DNA of 64,000 nucleotides from an uncultured Acidobacteriaceae bacterium (GCA_963838015.1 CAWIPG010000007.1:114867-178866); one strand, 5' to 3'; positions 1-9,701 are shown, counted from the stretch's first letter. Translations and numbers: made by a program. Notes: generated by a model not told the origin, from the letters alone.

Positions 1-396
1 ACCGAGGCAATCGCGCAGGATTCCAAACATTCTTATACGCCACAACCCAGACTCTCGCTTAATCAATGGGCGCTTAGTGGAAGTTGGAAGGTTGGTGCGG
101 AGAGCGCAGTACTGCAAACGGCGCCTGGAAAGATTATCTTCCGCTTTCATGCCCGCGATCTTCACCTTGTGCTGGGAACTACCAAGGATGGCAAGCCACT
201 TCGCTTCACCGTGAAGCTGGATGGTACCGCTCCGGGCGACGATCACGGCGTCGATTGCGACAGCAACGGTTCAGGCACCGTACAGGGACACCGGCTCTAT
301 CAGCTCATTCGGCAAAAAGGCGGAGTGGAAGATAGAACATTTGAGATTGAGTTTCTTGATCCGGGCGTGCAGGCATTCGCATTCACGTTTGGTTAA
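1..396 (+). CDS. DipZ-like thiol:disulfide protein, C-terminal fragment (5' end outside window)
   Basis: Frame 1 is open from nt 1 to TAA 394-396. The tail ...FHARDLHLVLG...GVDCDSNGSGTVQGHRLYQLIRQ...FEIEFLDPGVQAFAFTFG resembles the conserved C-terminal domain of DipZ-type proteins. Confidence 0.7.
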   Translation, partial: TEAIAQDSKHSYTPQPRLSLNQWALSGSWKVGAESAVLQTAPGKIIFRFHARDLHLVLGTTKDGKPLRFTVKLDGTAPGDDHGVDCDSNGSGTVQGHRLYQLIRQKGGVEDRTFEIEFLDPGVQAFAFTFG

Positions 397-412
397 GAAA
401 TTGAGCGGCCTG

Positions 413-823
413 CTACAGATCCACGGCCAGTCGATCTGCCAGTCTCGCGGAGGCCGCGATCGTGACCGCACGCCAATTTTGGCTTGTCGATCGAGGCGGG
501 TTACTCACTAACTCCAACTCCTCGAGCCAGTCCTCCGCGGAGAGTTTGGCCTCCTCGGGACCAAACAGTTGAGCCACAGCGCCGATGAATGCTGATAACT
601 CACGCTCCGCCATATCCATTTCGTCGGAGCAATTCGAATCGCGAAACTGTTCTTGAGAGTTCGTGGAATCCGCCCCCATTTTTTTCCTACGGTCTGCGGC
701 GACAAATCCTAACGTTGCTCGAAATGCTAACCGTTGCGGCGCTGGCATTGTGGCTGCGGCGGAAACGCCTGCCGTGGCCAATAAATAGCCACGCAATACC
801 TCGATTGATTTCATATGCTCCAT
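413..823 (-). CDS. hypothetical protein
   Basis: Internal ATG at 823 is preceded by AGGGAG. The longer ORF to 985 would run over upstream-module copy A. No recognisable domain. Confidence 0.45.
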   Translation of the reverse strand: MEHMKSIEVLRGYLLATAGVSAAATMPAPQRLAFRATLGFVAADRRKKMGADSTNSQEQFRDSNCSDEMDMAERELSAFIGAVAQLFGPEEAKLSAEDWLEELELVSNPPRSTSQNWRAVTIAASARLADRLAVDL

Positions 824-952
824 GATCGATCTCCCTTTGTTGCTGCGCTGCGGAAGCGCGAGATTCTCCGGCCAAGACGACACCTGTATAATCTTGGTCA
901 TTTTTCTTCTTCTAATTCCCTTGTGACGTTTCCGATTGAGCTCGGTCGACGC

Positions 953-1013
953 GGTGATCAGAACAGAAGCCTGGGAGATGAACAATTGGACGATAGTATC
1001 GTCGATACTATGG
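953..1013 (-). promoter_or_regulatory. bipartite upstream module, copy A (faces gene 413-823)
   Basis: Minus strand reads CCTACCATAGTATCGACGATACTATCGTCCAATTG, then 14 nt, then TTCTGTTCTGATC. Confidence 0.5.
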
Positions 1014-1158
1014 TAGGGGCGGGGTTGCGCAGGTTGGGCATCGCGACAGAAAACTTCTGACGGAGGCTGCGCAATAGGGTTCCGTTGCTTTGGAGCAGGG
1101 CAAGAGCAATACCAAAGTACAATGGACGTCCTTCGTACAATGCCGCATTATTTTTGTT

Positions 1159-1554
1159 ATGAAGTCTGTTAAGGACAGGAGCGAGAAGGAGCTTCCGCTT
1201 CTATCCATGGTCGATGATGATGAGTCGATGCGTGAATCGCTACCCGACCTGATTAGGGAGTTCGGCTTTGCCGCTCGAGCTTTTTCGTCAGCAGAGGAGT
1301 TCCTCTCCTCCGGTTCCGTCGATGAGACTAGCTGTTTGATCCTCGACGTCGCCATGCCAGGCATGAGCGGACCGGAACTTTTCCAGGAGCTAAAGCGTCG
1401 CGGAGAAGAGATCCCAACTATATTCATTACCGCTCAAAAAGATGAGGCGATTCGTGCTCGAGTGCTTGAGCAAGGCGCAGTGGGGTTTCTAATCAAACCA
1501 TTCAGTGACGCAGATCTGCTTGCGGCCATCAAGACCGCACTCAAAGCCATCTAA
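1159..1554 (+). CDS. stand-alone response regulator (CheY-like receiver)
   Basis: [15 protein letters not shown]...[15 protein letters not shown]...IFITAQ...KPF receiver motifs. ATG at 1159 chosen within ORF 1090-1554. Confidence 0.85.
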   Translation: MKSVKDRSEKELPLLSMVDDDESMRESLPDLIREFGFAARAFSSAEEFLSSGSVDETSCLILDVAMPGMSGPELFQELKRRGEEIPTIFITAQKDEAIRARVLEQGAVGFLIKPFSDADLLAAIKTALKAI

Positions 1555-1586
1555 CAATCCACCGGCGGAATCTTAAGGGGGATACA

Positions 1587-2267
1587 ATGAATGCGACGAG
1601 CGCACTTAGTCGTGAAGTAAGGGTACTTCCAATGTCGAGCGTCATCCCCACCGTGTTCATTGTTGACGATGATGTGTCTGTGCGCGAATCGCTGGAACTA
1701 TTGGTTCGGGATGAGAACTGGAAGCCGGAGACCTTCGCGTCCGCGCAAGAATTTCTCGACTACCCGAGAAAACGCGTCCCGAGCTGTCTTGTTCTTGACC
1801 TATCGCTTCCGGGCTTGAATGGTCTTGAATTGCAGAAGCGGCTGGCGGTTGAACACATCGACATGCCAATCATTTTCATCACCGGTCATGGCGACGTGCC
1901 ACAGTCAGTTCAGGCCATGAAAGCCGGCGCTCTCGAATTTCTAACCAAGCCTATCGATACTGACGCATTGGTGAGCGCAATACGAAATGCTCTCCAACGC
2001 AACAGTCTAGCCCTCGCTCAGAACGCGGAGATGCAGGAACTTCGGAATCGTTACGCCTCGCTTACTTCCCGAGAGAAGCAGGTGATGGCGCTGGTTGTCT
2101 CTGGGTTGCTGAATAAACAAGTTGGCGGAGAGCTCGGTATCAGCGAGATCACAGTGAAGGCACACCGTGGGCAGGTGATGCAAAAAATGAAAGCCAATTC
2201 CCTCGCCGACCTGGTGAGGATGGCGTCAAAACTCCGGCCTGCGAGTCCTCCAATTCACTTGGCTTGA
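1587..2267 (+). CDS. FixJ/LuxR-family response regulator (receiver + LuxR HTH)
   Basis: VFIVDDD...[15 protein letters not shown]...IFITGHGDV...KP receiver, then [54 protein letters not shown] precedes the ATG. Confidence 0.9.
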   Translation: MNATSALSREVRVLPMSSVIPTVFIVDDDVSVRESLELLVRDENWKPETFASAQEFLDYPRKRVPSCLVLDLSLPGLNGLELQKRLAVEHIDMPIIFITGHGDVPQSVQAMKAGALEFLTKPIDTDALVSAIRNALQRNSLALAQNAEMQELRNRYASLTSREKQVMALVVSGLLNKQVGGELGISEITVKAHRGQVMQKMKANSLADLVRMASKLRPASPPIHLA

Positions 2268-2568
2268 CGGCAGCTCAGCCCCGGCTGAGTTCGTGGTAGA
2301 CCGTAGCTAGCTAGACTCGCGATACTTGCTGTGATCACTCCGTAGAATCCTTCCCCCGTTCTTTTGCTAATAGTACTCCCAGTTACTTCTCCGTTCTCCG
2401 ACAGTAGTGACGTGTGCGACATTCATTGCGAGATTTTATTGGCCTCGCATCCCATCCTGCCACTTAGAAGCTCCAACTAATTCGTAGTCAGCCACATTAA
2501 AAATTATCCAAGCTCTGTTCAATCATCCGCTGCCTTCTCGGGTAGGCAATCATCGGCCCGACTGATGC

Positions 2569-2628
2569 GATGGTATCGGTCGATACCATCGTCCAATGGA
2601 TTGGACTTCAAGCTTCTGGCTTAATCGC
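2569..2628 (+). promoter_or_regulatory. bipartite upstream module, copy B
   Basis: GATGGTATCGGTCGATACCATCGTCCAATGG, then 14 nt, then TTCTGGCTTAATCGC. Confidence 0.5.
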
Positions 2629-2660
2629 GTTGTTAGTCGTTGCCACAGGAAGCGATTTAT

Positions 2661-2807
2661 ATGACAGAGAAGAAAACAGCAATGGTAGCGGAAACTCGAC
2701 GCATAGCATGTGCAACTCTGCAGAACGTTCTCGCTGCCGGCGTTCTGATGTTCTATTCGAAGAGTCTACTGGGAGCTGTAATTCGGGCATGTGTAGGCGC
2801 TAGTTAA
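2661..2807 (+). CDS. possible 48-aa small protein (below the ORF-track cutoff)
   Basis: ATG 2661 lies 8 nt after AGGAAG and about 30 nt downstream of module copy B. Product MTEKKTAMVAETRRIACATLQNVLAAGVLMFYSKSLLGAVIRACVGAS has a hydrophobic C-terminal half. No homology evidence. Confidence 0.25.
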   Translation: MTEKKTAMVAETRRIACATLQNVLAAGVLMFYSKSLLGAVIRACVGAS

Positions 2808-2847
2808 TTTTCGTTCGGGATTGTTTCTATTCTTTGTGGAGGAGACT

Positions 2848-3120
2848 ATGAGCTGGGCAAAATGGGTTCTTGCATACGTATTTGACTGCGCCCATCTAAA
2901 AACGACTTGGCCGCAACGCTGCCGCGCAGGGCTCGATTATGTCTGCTGTCTCGATTGCGGGAAGGAGTTTCCTTATTCGACCCAACTGATGAGGATAGTA
3001 AGTAGAGAGGAACAACTAGAGGATCGAAGTCCGTTCAGTTGGGCGCAGCTCGAGAATGTTAGATCCGCACCCATCGCGCACTCTAATGCAAAGTTGTCGA
3101 TCGATACTTTGGCCCAATAG
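2848..3120 (+). CDS. small Cys-rich hypothetical protein
   Basis: ATG 2848 is preceded by GGAGGAG. Contains FDCAH...CCLDCGKEF, a zinc-ribbon-like pattern. Confidence 0.45.
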   Translation: MSWAKWVLAYVFDCAHLKTTWPQRCRAGLDYVCCLDCGKEFPYSTQLMRIVSREEQLEDRSPFSWAQLENVRSAPIAHSNAKLSIDTLAQ

Positions 3121-3164
3121 CTTTCGGTCTTGGTGCCTCCACGGCCCACTACGTGGCTTGTCGA

Positions 3165-6100
3165 GCGGGTGTGGCACACCGGCTCGCGATTTCTGCTACC
3201 ATTCACCCGTGCGTATGAGGAAAATCGATTGATGTGCGAGACGTTCACGCTATCGCTTATTCCTAGCGTCGCAAAGGCGGTGAAAGCTGATTCCGCTATC
3301 CATCCTGATCAAAACCCTGAGTTGTGCCATGTGCTGCGCCGATCGGCGTTGGCTCACATTTCATCGCTCTCGCTATTTAGTCATCGCGGCAATCCTGCTG
3401 TCGACGTCTCTTTTTTCCGGTTGCCATAAGCCCGCACAGCCGGTGACACTCACATATTTTGATTCTGACGGCCGAGGAGTCCCTGGCGATCATCGGATGG
3501 TCCCAGTCGCCTATTTGCAGGAATTTACGCGGGAAACCGGCATTCGCGTCAATGACCTTCCGACGCCGGAGGACAGCGGATCAAAGCTCGATCTTGCCAT
3601 GGATTTGCTGCGCAGCGGCGCCCCATCTCCGGACCTGGATGGTGTTGATACGATCTGGACTGGAGCCATGGGTGACTACCTCATCGACCTGCGACCTTAC
3701 TTTGCTTCAGAGATTTCCACGGAGGATCACGACATCATCGAAAGCTATATGTTTCAGGGGAAGGTTCTGGGAATGCCGAACCAGCCGCTGGGTGTGCAGG
3801 TTTTGATTTATCGGACGGACTTGCTCGCCAAGTACGGATACAAAACGCCACCCCGGACCTGGGTTGAGCTTGAGAAAATGGCTGCCCGGATTCAAGCTGG
3901 AGAGCGTGCAAAAGGGAAGAAAGATTTTTGGGGCTTCGTCTGGGCCGGAGCGATCGCAACCGACAGCGAACAACTTACGATGGAAGGATTGGAGTGGCAA
4001 GCGGCAGAAGGAGGCGGCCACATCATCGAGTCCGATGGAAAGGTCAGCGTAAACAACCCAAACGTTATCCGGGCTTGGGATCGCGCAGCACATTGGGTAG
4101 GGTCAATCTCTCCTCCAAGCGTGGTTTCTTATACGGCGACCGACGCAGAAAATAAATTTTGGATCTCCGGTGAGGCTGCGTTTCTGCTTAGCCACGCCAT
4201 CGTGTATGAGGTTTTTGCACAAGATAAGCCGTTCCGCGACCTAGCGGGAGTGACCAGCGTCCCTGCGGGAAAAAGCGCGCGCGTCGCTACCACAGGAGGC
4301 TACGCTCTGGGGATATCCCGCTTTTCACCTCACCGCGCCGAAGCCGTCAAGTTCATCCAATTCCTGCTTCGCAAGCACGCAGAATTCACGGCGACTCATC
4401 CGCAAAATCCAGCCCGAAAAGTGGAGTACTTTGAAGTTCCACCTTTGATGAGGGAAATCTATCCGTGGTGGTACAAACCGGGAGAATCGGGAGGGAGTGA
4501 GATAGTTGCGCGTCCGTCGGCGGTTGCCGGATCGAACTATCAAGCGGTCTCCAAAGCCTATACCCACGCACTGCATTCTGTGCTGACGCGAGAGTCCACC
4601 GCTCCTGTAGCGGCCGCGGCGCTCGAGAATGAACTCATCCGGATTATGGGTAATGGGGCTCAACCGGGAACAGGGTCGCGCTGAGATGAATCGACTGCGA
4701 CTCAAGATTGGTCCACGCCTGGTTCTACGCTTCGCGCAGGGACGTCCGCTAACGATTTCTGCTACCATTCGTCCGTGCCAACGACGGAAATCGATTGATG
4801 TGCGAGAAGTTCACGCTATCGCTTATTCCTAACGTTGCAAAGGCGGTGAAAACCGCTTCTGTTATCCTTCCGAATCAAAACCGTGAGTTATATGATGCGC
4901 TGCGCCGAACGACATTGGTCTGCATCTCATCGCATCCGAAATTTCATCATGGTGGCAATCCTGCTGTCGGGGTCTCTTTTTTCCGGTTGCCGTAAGCCCA
5001 CGCAACCCGTGACCATCTCATTTCTCGATGCTGAAGGCCAGGGAGTTCCGGGCGACCATCGGATGCTTTCGGACGTCTTACAGGAATTCACGCGGGAAAC
5101 AGGCATTCGCGTCAACGACCTTTCCACGCCAGAGGATAATGGATCGAAACTCGATCTTGCCATGAGTTTGCTGCGTAGCGGTGCTCCGTCCCCTGACGTT
5201 TATAGCGTTGACACGATCTGGGCCGGAACCATGGGCGATTACCTGATCGACCTGCAACCTTACTTTGCGTCAGAGATTCCCTCGCAGGATCGCGACTTTA
5301 TAGAGAGCTACATGGTTCATGGGAAGCTTGTGGCAATGCCCTATAACCCGAATGTGGAGGTTTTGGTTTATCGGACGGACCTGCTCGCGAAATATGGTTA
5401 CAAAACGCCGCCAAGAACCTGGGATGAGCTTGAGAAGATGGCGGCCCGGATTCAGGCTGGAGAGCGCGGAGAAGGAAAGAAAGATTTTTGGGGCTTCGTC
5501 TGGGCCGGAGCGATCGCATCGGAAAGCGAAGCGCTGATCGGCGAAGGGCTCGAATGGCAAGCAGCGGAAGGAGGCGGCCACATCATCGAGCCCGATGGCA
5601 GGATCAGCGTCAACAATCCAGATGTTGTTCGGGCCTGGGAACGAGCTGCACACTGGGTGGGTTGGATTTCGCCTCCAAGCGTGGTTTCTTACACTACTAC
5701 AGACTCAGAAAATAAATTCTGGGTTTCCGGGAATGCTGCATTTCAGCTCGAATGGGCCCTCACGTATGAGGTTGGCGTATTAGACAAGCCGTTCCGCGAC
5801 AAAGTTGGAGTGACTAGCATCCCTGCTGGAAAAAGCGCGCGAGTCGCGGACGTGGGCGCCTACTCTTTGGGAATTTCTCGTACTTCAGCTCACCGCGACG
5901 AAGCCGTACAGCTCATCCAGTTCCTCATTCGCAAACAGGCACAATCCCTGGCCTCACCTCATGTTGAAAAGTTAGGCCGAAAGGTCGAGTACTTTGAAGT
6001 CCCCTTGGTGATGGCGAAAATCTATCCCTGGTGGTGCAAGCCCGGGGAATCTGCTGGGAGTACTGTCGTTTTGCGCCCGTCGGTAGTTGCCGGATCGAAC

Positions 6101-6300
6101 TATGAGGCGGTTTCCAAAGCTTATTCGCACGCACTGCATTCCGTGCTGACGCGAGAGTCCACCGCTCCAGCAGCGGCCGCGGCTCTCGAGAAGAGATCGT
6201 TCAGATCATGGGTAGTGGCGGGACTCAACTGGGAACAGGTGCGCACTGAGATGAATCGACTGCGACTCAACATCGGTCCACGGCTGGTTCTATGCTTCGT
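3165..6300. repeat. diverged tandem duplication, two units offset by about 1566 bp
   Basis: Anchors: GATTTCTGCTACCATTC at 3188 and 4754; ATGAATCGACTGCGACTCAA at 4686 and 6251. Each unit holds upstream leader, SBP gene and the first ~15 codons of the kinase. Confidence 0.85.
3329..4684 (+). CDS. extracellular solute-binding protein (family 1 type), lipoprotein, copy 1
   Basis: Lipobox LFSGC. SBP-like sequence throughout. The TGA stop is followed 1 nt later by a remnant kinase ATG (TGAgATG). Confidence 0.85.
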   Translation: MCCADRRWLTFHRSRYLVIAAILLSTSLFSGCHKPAQPVTLTYFDSDGRGVPGDHRMVPVAYLQEFTRETGIRVNDLPTPEDSGSKLDLAMDLLRSGAPSPDLDGVDTIWTGAMGDYLIDLRPYFASEISTEDHDIIESYMFQGKVLGMPNQPLGVQVLIYRTDLLAKYGYKTPPRTWVELEKMAARIQAGERAKGKKDFWGFVWAGAIATDSEQLTMEGLEWQAAEGGGHIIESDGKVSVNNPNVIRAWDRAAHWVGSISPPSVVSYTATDAENKFWISGEAAFLLSHAIVYEVFAQDKPFRDLAGVTSVPAGKSARVATTGGYALGISRFSPHRAEAVKFIQFLLRKHAEFTATHPQNPARKVEYFEVPPLMREIYPWWYKPGESGGSEIVARPSAVAGSNYQAVSKAYTHALHSVLTRESTAPVAAAALENELIRIMGNGAQPGTGSR

Positions 6301-8176
6301 ACTCATCATCGTTTCGATGTTGGTCGGGGATGTAGTCGTTCTATGGCAATTCCATGTCGTCCAGTCACAAGCGGAACGGCTCAATGAATATGACGAGGAG
6401 TTGGTAACTGTCTTGCGTGTTCACTCCGACGTGTTGAAGTTTCGCGACACGCTTGAGTCACTCGCGAACGCAAAAAATACCGAACATCTGAAGGCAGAGA
6501 CTCAATCGATGACTGAGGCGTTTGCGGAGGACATGCGAAGTGCAGAAAGCGCCCTGTTGGCCGTGCATTCCGACAACGCCTCTGACCCAACAACCCTCCC
6601 CACGCTCGCAGTCATCCAGTCGACGCTTCGATCACAGACTGCGTCAATGATCGAGTTGGCTGAAGCGAATGATTGGAACGCTTTGCAATTGCGGCTCGCC
6701 AACCAGCTACGCCCGCTCGAACTTTCGAGCTCTACCCTGGTGGAAAGCGTCGACCGCGAGGTAAAGACGGAACATACCCAGGTTGCAGCCAATATCCGCC
6801 AGGTGCAGCACTGGATTTTTATTGTTGTGCCGGCCACGGTTGTTCTCACCTTGTTGATTGCCGGGACATTGGGATTTGTAATTACGCGCAGCATCACGCG
6901 GCCCCTTGAACAACTGGTCGAGGGTTCAAAGATGTTGGCATTAGGGGAGTTCGAACATCGAGTTCCGATCGAGGGCGAAGATGAACTTGCCCAACTCGGG
7001 CGCGTATTTAACGATACGGCGCGACAATTGCACGATCTCTATGAGAGCTTGCAAAGCAGCGAGGACCGGCTCCGCCGGGTCATCAATACGATTCCCGCCC
7101 ATGTTTGGAGCTCTCTGCCGGATGGTTCAGTCGACTTCATCAATCAACGTTTGCTCGAATCTACTGGACTATCAATCGAGGCATTGCTTGGATCCGGTTG
7201 GCAGTCGATCGTTCATCCGGATGATCGGGCTAGATACATGGCTAAGTGGGGATCGGCATTGGCCACAGGTGAACCCGTCGAGATTGAAGCTCGCATTTGG
7301 ACTGCGCGGCGCGACTATCGGTGGTTGCTTGTGCGCAATGTACCTGTGCGTGATGGTCTTGGAGGGATCGTCAAGTGGTACGGTACCGGCATCGATATAG
7401 AGGACCGGAAACGCGCCGAAGAGGCATTACTTAAAGCGCAGGCAGATCTCGCACACGCGAATCGCGTAACTACAATGGGCGAACTCAGTGCCTCGCTTGC
7501 GCACGAGATCAATCAGCCCATTAGTGGCGCCATCACAAATGCTTCTACCTGTCTGCGCCGGCTCGATCGCGAGCCGCCTGATCTCGAAGGCGCCCGGGTT
7601 GCGGCTTCAAGGATAATTCGTGATGCGAACCGGGCAGCGGAGATCATTAACCGAATCAAGCTGTTTTTCACAAAGGGTGTTGTGACAAAGGAGAGCCTGG
7701 ATGTCAACGAGCTGATTCGCGAGATGGAGATTCTTCTGCGTAACGAAGCGACCCAGCATTCGGTTTCTGTTCAGACAAAGCTCGCAGCGGATCTGCCGCT
7801 CATCGTGGCAGACCGGATCCAGTTGCAGCAGGTATTGATGAACCTGATGATCAATGGCATCGACGCGATGAAGGCCGTCGATGGCCCGCGTCAACTCACG
7901 CTCGGCACCGGGACTGATAGCAATGAACAGCTTCTGGTATCGGTCGAAGACACTGGTATCGGACTTCCACATAACCAGTCTGACCAGATATTCAACGCTT
8001 TTTTTACGACCAAGGAACACGGCACAGGAATGGGACTTCGTATCAGCCGAACGATTATTGAGGCTCACGGTGGCCGGCTCTGGGCTACGGACAACCATCC
8101 TCGCGGAGCGAGTTTTCATTTCACGCTGGCTGTCTCCTCCATTGCCGGGAGCCTTGACGCTGGGCGCAGCGCCTGA
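4883..8176 (+). CDS. sensor histidine kinase ORF with N-terminal SBP copy 2; probably two genes merged by a 1-nt indel
   Basis: The N-terminal ~440 aa are paralogous to 3329-4684. From MNRLRLNIGPRLVL (ATG 6251): TM, periplasmic helical region, TM, HAMP, PAS, HisKA (SLAHEINQP) and HATPase (DTGIGL...GTGMGL). Confidence 0.8.
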   Translation: MSYMMRCAERHWSASHRIRNFIMVAILLSGSLFSGCRKPTQPVTISFLDAEGQGVPGDHRMLSDVLQEFTRETGIRVNDLSTPEDNGSKLDLAMSLLRSGAPSPDVYSVDTIWAGTMGDYLIDLQPYFASEIPSQDRDFIESYMVHGKLVAMPYNPNVEVLVYRTDLLAKYGYKTPPRTWDELEKMAARIQAGERGEGKKDFWGFVWAGAIASESEALIGEGLEWQAAEGGGHIIEPDGRISVNNPDVVRAWERAAHWVGWISPPSVVSYTTTDSENKFWVSGNAAFQLEWALTYEVGVLDKPFRDKVGVTSIPAGKSARVADVGAYSLGISRTSAHRDEAVQLIQFLIRKQAQSLASPHVEKLGRKVEYFEVPLVMAKIYPWWCKPGESAGSTVVLRPSVVAGSNYEAVSKAYSHALHSVLTRESTAPAAAAALEKRSFRSWVVAGLNWEQVRTEMNRLRLNIGPRLVLCFVLIIVSMLVGDVVVLWQFHVVQSQAERLNEYDEELVTVLRVHSDVLKFRDTLESLANAKNTEHLKAETQSMTEAFAEDMRSAESALLAVHSDNASDPTTLPTLAVIQSTLRSQTASMIELAEANDWNALQLRLANQLRPLELSSSTLVESVDREVKTEHTQVAANIRQVQHWIFIVVPATVVLTLLIAGTLGFVITRSITRPLEQLVEGSKMLALGEFEHRVPIEGEDELAQLGRVFNDTARQLHDLYESLQSSEDRLRRVINTIPAHVWSSLPDGSVDFINQRLLESTGLSIEALLGSGWQSIVHPDDRARYMAKWGSALATGEPVEIEARIWTARRDYRWLLVRNVPVRDGLGGIVKWYGTGIDIEDRKRAEEALLKAQADLAHANRVTTMGELSASLAHEINQPISGAITNASTCLRRLDREPPDLEGARVAASRIIRDANRAAEIINRIKLFFTKGVVTKESLDVNELIREMEILLRNEATQHSVSVQTKLAADLPLIVADRIQLQQVLMNLMINGIDAMKAVDGPRQLTLGTGTDSNEQLLVSVEDTGIGLPHNQSDQIFNAFFTTKEHGTGMGLRISRTIIEAHGGRLWATDNHPRGASFHFTLAVSSIAGSLDAGRSA

Positions 8177-8205
8177 AGGCCCGGGAATTCGGCTTTGCAG
8201 CCGCT

Positions 8206-9606
8206 CTACGCAAACGGCTCCAGTTTGCCGAGGATGGTCGGCAGATATTCCGAGACTGTCGGATGAATGTGCATCGCGCGCTGGATTACCGTGTACGGCG
8301 CCTTCGCATACATCGCGTCTAGTAGAACATGAATCACTTCATCGCCTCCGACACCAAGAATCGCAGCACCCAGAATTTGTTTCGTTTCTGCATCGGCGCA
8401 GATCTTGATGAAACCTTGTGTCTCACCCTTTTCGTAGGCGCGACTTACCTTGCTCATCGGATATTTCACAGCGAGAGCCCGACGGCCCGACTTCCGTACC
8501 TCTGCGTCCGTCATGCCGCATCGTCCCAGCGGCGGATCGATATACAGCGCGTAGGCCTGGATCCGATCGGAAACACGGCGATGGTCAGCGTTAAAGAGAT
8601 TGTCCGCTACGATCTCGTAGTCGTTATAGGAAGTATGCGTGAAGGCGCCGCGGCCGTTGCAGTCGCCCAGAGCCCAGATACCGGGTACGTTGGTTTGGAG
8701 CTGATCGTCGACGATGATGTAGCCGCGTTGGTCGGTCGCAACCCCGGCCCGTTCGAGACCCAGATCGCTTGTATTGGGGATGCGCCCGACCGCTAGAAGC
8801 ACGTGCGTTCCTGACACTTCCTTCGAATCTTCGCTGCATTCCATGCGGACTACAACGCCGTTATTTCCTTTCGCCAGCGAGATACATTCCGCATTCAGCC
8901 GGATGTGTATGCCCTCAGCCTCCAGAATTTCGTGCACAGCTTGAGAGACGTCTTCGTCCTCCCGTCCAATGAGGCGCGGTCCCATTTCCACAATCGTGAC
9001 TTCGCTGCCGAAGCGGCGATAGATTTGGGCGAACTCCAGACCTACATAACTTCCGCCGCCGACGAGAAGATGTTCGGGCAAGAAATCGATGTCCATCATC
9101 GACGAGTTGTCGAGAAATGGGACGTCGTGAATCCCCGGCATATCGGGAATACGGGCCCGCCCGCCGACGTTGATATAGATCTTGTCGGCCTGCAGAACTT
9201 CATCGTTCACTACGACAGTGTTTGACGATTGAAAGCGGGCTTGGCCTTGTATGACCGTACAATTCTTCGTTGCTCGGAGCGATTCCTCCACTCCCTTGCT
9301 TGATCTCCCGGAGGCCGCATCCTTGCGGGCTTTGACTCGCTTAATATCGACGCGCACATCCCCAGTGGCAAAACCATATTCCGCACCTCGGCGGGCAACA
9401 TGGATCGCATAGGCGCTTGCCACCAGCGTCTTTGTCGGGATGCATCCCGTATTCACGCATGTGCCGCCAAATTTATGGCGTTCGATAATAGCGACAGTTT
9501 TGTCGGCGCTTGCAAACCGAGCCGCCAGGGCCGGGCCCGCCTGGCCGGTCCCGATAATGATTGCGTCAAAGTGCTTCATAGGAGAGACAATGTTTGCAGC
9601 GTTCAT
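8206..9606 (-). CDS. class I pyridine nucleotide-disulfide oxidoreductase (FAD)
   Basis: IIIGTGQAGP dinucleotide fold and GGTCVNTGCIPTK redox-active disulfide. GGAG precedes ATG 9606. Confidence 0.85.
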   Translation of the reverse strand: MNAANIVSPMKHFDAIIIGTGQAGPALAARFASADKTVAIIERHKFGGTCVNTGCIPTKTLVASAYAIHVARRGAEYGFATGDVRVDIKRVKARKDAASGRSSKGVEESLRATKNCTVIQGQARFQSSNTVVVNDEVLQADKIYINVGGRARIPDMPGIHDVPFLDNSSMMDIDFLPEHLLVGGGSYVGLEFAQIYRRFGSEVTIVEMGPRLIGREDEDVSQAVHEILEAEGIHIRLNAECISLAKGNNGVVVRMECSEDSKEVSGTHVLLAVGRIPNTSDLGLERAGVATDQRGYIIVDDQLQTNVPGIWALGDCNGRGAFTHTSYNDYEIVADNLFNADHRRVSDRIQAYALYIDPPLGRCGMTDAEVRKSGRRALAVKYPMSKVSRAYEKGETQGFIKICADAETKQILGAAILGVGGDEVIHVLLDAMYAKAPYTVIQRAMHIHPTVSEYLPTILGKLEPFA

Positions 9607-9630
9607 AATTGCTCCAATCGAGCTGACCTT

Positions 9631-9700
9631 GATTAGGCCAGAATCACGATAACGAATCTACAGGACGATCGCATCGACCACCACTAATCGGAAACGGGGC
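9631..9700 (-). promoter_or_regulatory. bipartite upstream module, copy F (degenerate box 1, faces 8206-9606)
   Basis: Minus strand reads ...GATGCGATCGTCCTGTAG, then 14 nt, then TTCTGGCCTAATC. It then runs 25 nt to ATG 9606. Confidence 0.4.
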
Positions 9701-9701
9701 C

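Noticed and set aside
3130-3429. Paralogous ORFs 3130-3429 and 4795-4995 upstream of the two SBP genes, which look conserved.
   Set aside because: Their similarity is explained by the tandem duplication of the leader region. They overlap the SBP starts out of frame and have no RBS, so conservation is not evidence of coding.
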